The notes under the pieces were generated by a model. It saw only the letters and a list, made by a program, of their open reading frames with translations, was not told the origin of the DNA and searched no databases. Positions 62,471 to 64,000 of a DNA stretch of 64,000 nucleotides are shown here, piece after piece (position 1 is the stretch's first letter; each line of letters starts with the position of its first letter). A program made the position numbers and the translations under genes. Location: IMG/VR virus record IMGVR_UViG_3300022924_000001, positions 1 through 64,000 of that record; one strand, written 5' to 3'. The DNA is from a virus.

Positions 62471-62610
62471 GTAAACAGATTTGTTTACATTAATATAAAT
62501 AAGTAAACACGTATATTGATGGTGTATAGGGGGTGGCTTGATAATAACCACTATAGGTAAGGGCTTTATTTTTAGTCTGAGACTTGGGGGATAATAAAAA
62601 AATTGTAAAC
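62471..62610. repeat. GTAAACA iteron-like repeats
   Basis: GTAAACA at 62471-77 and 62503-09, an inverted TGTTTAC at 62482-88, and GTAAAC at 62605-10. Confidence 0.6.
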
Positions 62611-62624
62611 GTTATTGACACATA

Positions 62625-62703
62625 ACCCACCCTATATACAAACCCCAACCAAAAAGGAAATTTTTACCTAACCCCCGCCTAACCAAAATCAAAACCCCAA
62701 ACC
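62625..62703 (+). repeat. G-poor A+C tract with AACCCC-type repeats
   Basis: AAACCCCAACCAAAAA, TAACCCCCGCCTAACCAAAA and AAAACCCCAAACCG. It is mirrored by G-runs at 62521-62590. Confidence 0.7.
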
Positions 62704-62986
62704 GTTTTTGACCGATTCCTATTTTTAAAATCCAAAATTTAATTTATTTTTTAACATAAATAATTTGCGTATGTCAAATATTGTTTCTAATCAACGTTCT
62801 CGAACTTTTGATAGTCTCATACCTTACTACCTCTTTACGTGTCTTAAAAACGCTTATAATCAATATTACACTATATTTGACGTTTACCTCACAATCCAAT
62901 TAGTTTAATACGAGGAACGCACGCGCATATACAACAATCTTTTTAAATAAAAAAATTTATTTTCACTATTTTTATTAAAATGTTGA

Positions 62987-62994
62987 CATATATT
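62987..62994 (+). promoter_or_regulatory. -7 box TATATTTG
   Basis: Matches TAnnTTTG, 45 nt before the ATG at 63040. A second TATATTTG lies at 62872-62879. Confidence 0.45.
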
Positions 62995-63039
62995 TGTAGT
63001 GTTGAAAGCAACTAAGCTACCAACTTAAATCTAAACATT

Positions 63040-63174
63040 ATGGCACTTTCAAAATTACAAAATGATAAGCTAGAATCACTTTACAATGACTACAACAACG
63101 GAGTAATTACATGTAACGAATACTTAGAGAAACAAACCTTAGTTTTAGGGTCTAAAATACTACAAAGCTCTTAA
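63040..63174 (+). CDS. hypothetical small protein (44 aa)
   Basis: Read by hand: MALSKLQNDKLESLYNDYNNGVITCNEYLEKQTLVLGSKILQSS. Confidence 0.35.
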   Translation: MALSKLQNDKLESLYNDYNNGVITCNEYLEKQTLVLGSKILQSS

Positions 63175-63175
63175 A

Positions 63176-63309
63176 CCTGCGAAATACCCTTTGGGTATCG
63201 ATACCTAGCCATTAAAGGTATCCTGATGAGTTTGGCAAGTGTGACACCACTATAACTGTCTGCTTAGCTTGCTAGTATGGATTAATCGCCGAATCAAGCC
63301 ACGAAATAC
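63176..63309 (+). ncRNA. hammerhead ribozyme candidate (predicted cleavage between C63199 and G63200)
   Basis: C-GAAA-UACCC-UUU-GGGUA-UC | GAUACC-11 nt loop-GGUAUC-CUGAUGA-G. All invariant core nucleotides are present and stems I and III are perfect. Stem II is weak locally or formed with GCCAC-GAAA at 63298-63306. Confidence 0.6.
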
Positions 63310-63563
63310 AAATAGTATAGTAGTGTTTTAATACGTGTTTAAAAACATTAGTGTTAGGCTTTCAATATGGAAATATTGGGTTAGTAAATAAGCAATTCCT
63401 GCGCGTTGGTTACGCTTGTAGAATGGATGAAACATAAATAACCTAACTAAATAGATTCGTGGTTAACGTTGGGCGCAACTCCCTAAAATATAAACGGTAT
63501 TAGTAAGTACTATTAATAAGGTTCGTAACCTTTACCGTTTGCTAACTATTAAAATATAATATT

Positions 63564-63743
63564 ATGACTATTCAAAAATTCTTTAAGGTTTTAAGCTATT
63601 ATCTTATACTTATTAATATCGGTATGTTGGTGTATGCTGTAATAAAATTAGATATAAAATTTATTTGTTTGTTTTCTTGTTTTATTGCGGTGTTTATTTT
63701 TATTAACTGGTTGTGGTCTGAACCCCTAAAATTTAAATTATGA
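63564..63743 (+). CDS. small membrane protein (59 aa)
   Basis: Read by hand: MTIQKFFKVLSYYLILINIGMLVYAVIKLDIKFICLFSCFIAVFIFINWLWSEPLKFKL, with two TM helices. Confidence 0.45.
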   Translation: MTIQKFFKVLSYYLILINIGMLVYAVIKLDIKFICLFSCFIAVFIFINWLWSEPLKFKL

Positions 63744-63898
63744 AAATACAAAGAATAGTAGTTGAAAATTTCAGCGAACTAGATTACATTGTAGTTGCTG
63801 TTTATAAAAACGGGGAGTTTGACCGCAGAGAAAAAATACTTAAATCGAATATTGTAAAACAATTCCCATTACATAGGGGTAAAATAATTAAACTTTAA
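63740..63898 (+). CDS. hypothetical small protein (52 aa)
   Basis: Read by hand: MKIQRIVVENFSELDYIVVAVYKNGEFDRREKILKSNIVKQFPLHRGKIIKL. ATGA overlap with the previous ORF. Confidence 0.4.
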   Translation: MKIQRIVVENFSELDYIVVAVYKNGEFDRREKILKSNIVKQFPLHRGKIIKL

Positions 63899-63903
63899 AT
63901 AAT

Positions 63904-64000
63904 ATGGATTTAAAAATTGAATTATATCTCTATGAGGGTTCACTCGATTGGGATAACAGTTTAGTAAGAGAAGACCGTTACATTATTGTAGGCAGTGAGG
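63904..64000 (+). CDS. hypothetical protein, 5' fragment (runs off window end)
   Basis: ATG at 63904 (MDLKIELYLYEGSLDWDNSLVREDRYIIVGSE...), open to the window end. Confidence 0.35.
   Translation, partial: MDLKIELYLYEGSLDWDNSLVREDRYIIVGSE

Noticed and set aside
63457-63500. Pistol/twister-type ribozyme (CGTGGTTA resembles the start of a pistol ribozyme sequence I recall).
   Set aside because: The complementary CCACG strand and the pseudoknot partner are absent. The resemblance is limited to 8 nt.
63392-63540. Canonical tRNA genes (D-arm-like GCG-CGTTGGTTA-CGC at 63401-15; acceptor/T-arm-like element at 63492-63540).
   Set aside because: No cloverleaf can be completed. The first has no matching anticodon stem. 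The second lacks a D arm, has a 5-nt loop where the anticodon loop should be, and has a non-consensus T-loop.
1-64000. Prophage, mobile-element or defence-island interpretation; CRISPR arrays.
   Set aside because: No integrase, recombinase, transposase, att-like direct repeats, host housekeeping genes or spacer-repeat arrays were seen. The only mobile-type genes are two free-standing HNH endonucleases, which are typical of lytic phage genomes.

Overview
The window is AT-rich and gene-dense, with no rRNA, canonical tRNA, CRISPR array, integrase or transposase. It reads as a segment of a large, probably virulent, dsDNA phage. The host is likely Bacteroidota (Flavobacteriia-like), because TAnnTTTG -7 boxes sit upstream of operons, there are no Shine-Dalgarno sequences, and a DUF1573-like protein is present. 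Layout: (i) 1-48.8 kb, minus strand, holds the late morphogenesis and lysis module. In transcription order it carries small regulator-like genes, a GroEL homolog, the large terminase, portal, scaffold and capsid candidates. An embedded holin/endolysin cassette and a tail fiber/spike cluster follow. It ends in a train of translationally coupled giant virion proteins: a 2302-aa vWA-containing protein, a 774-aa lytic transglycosylase, 887-aa and 917-aa proteins, and a gene of more than 913 aa that runs off the window. (ii) 48.8-50.1 kb is a divergent non-coding control region with one stand-alone gene and a promoter-driven, hairpin-dense non-coding stretch. (iii) 50.1-62.4 kb, plus strand, is the early/DNA-metabolism module: RNase H1 with a hybrid-binding domain, RecA-like recombinase, two HNH endonucleases and a MazG-like (DUF5664-type) domain protein. 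It also has a gp49-like protein, an SSB-like protein, a GroES-like co-chaperonin, a ParB-like nuclease-domain protein and an Rv2179c-like DEDDh exonuclease. (iv) 62.4-63.55 kb is a second non-coding island. (v) A further small-gene cluster begins at 63.56 kb. The most notable observations are an apparently complete hammerhead ribozyme core at 63181-63230, a five-fold repeated bipartite late-promoter architecture, and a split phage GroEL/GroES pair. All calls rest on reading the sequence and the ORF track; no searches were run.
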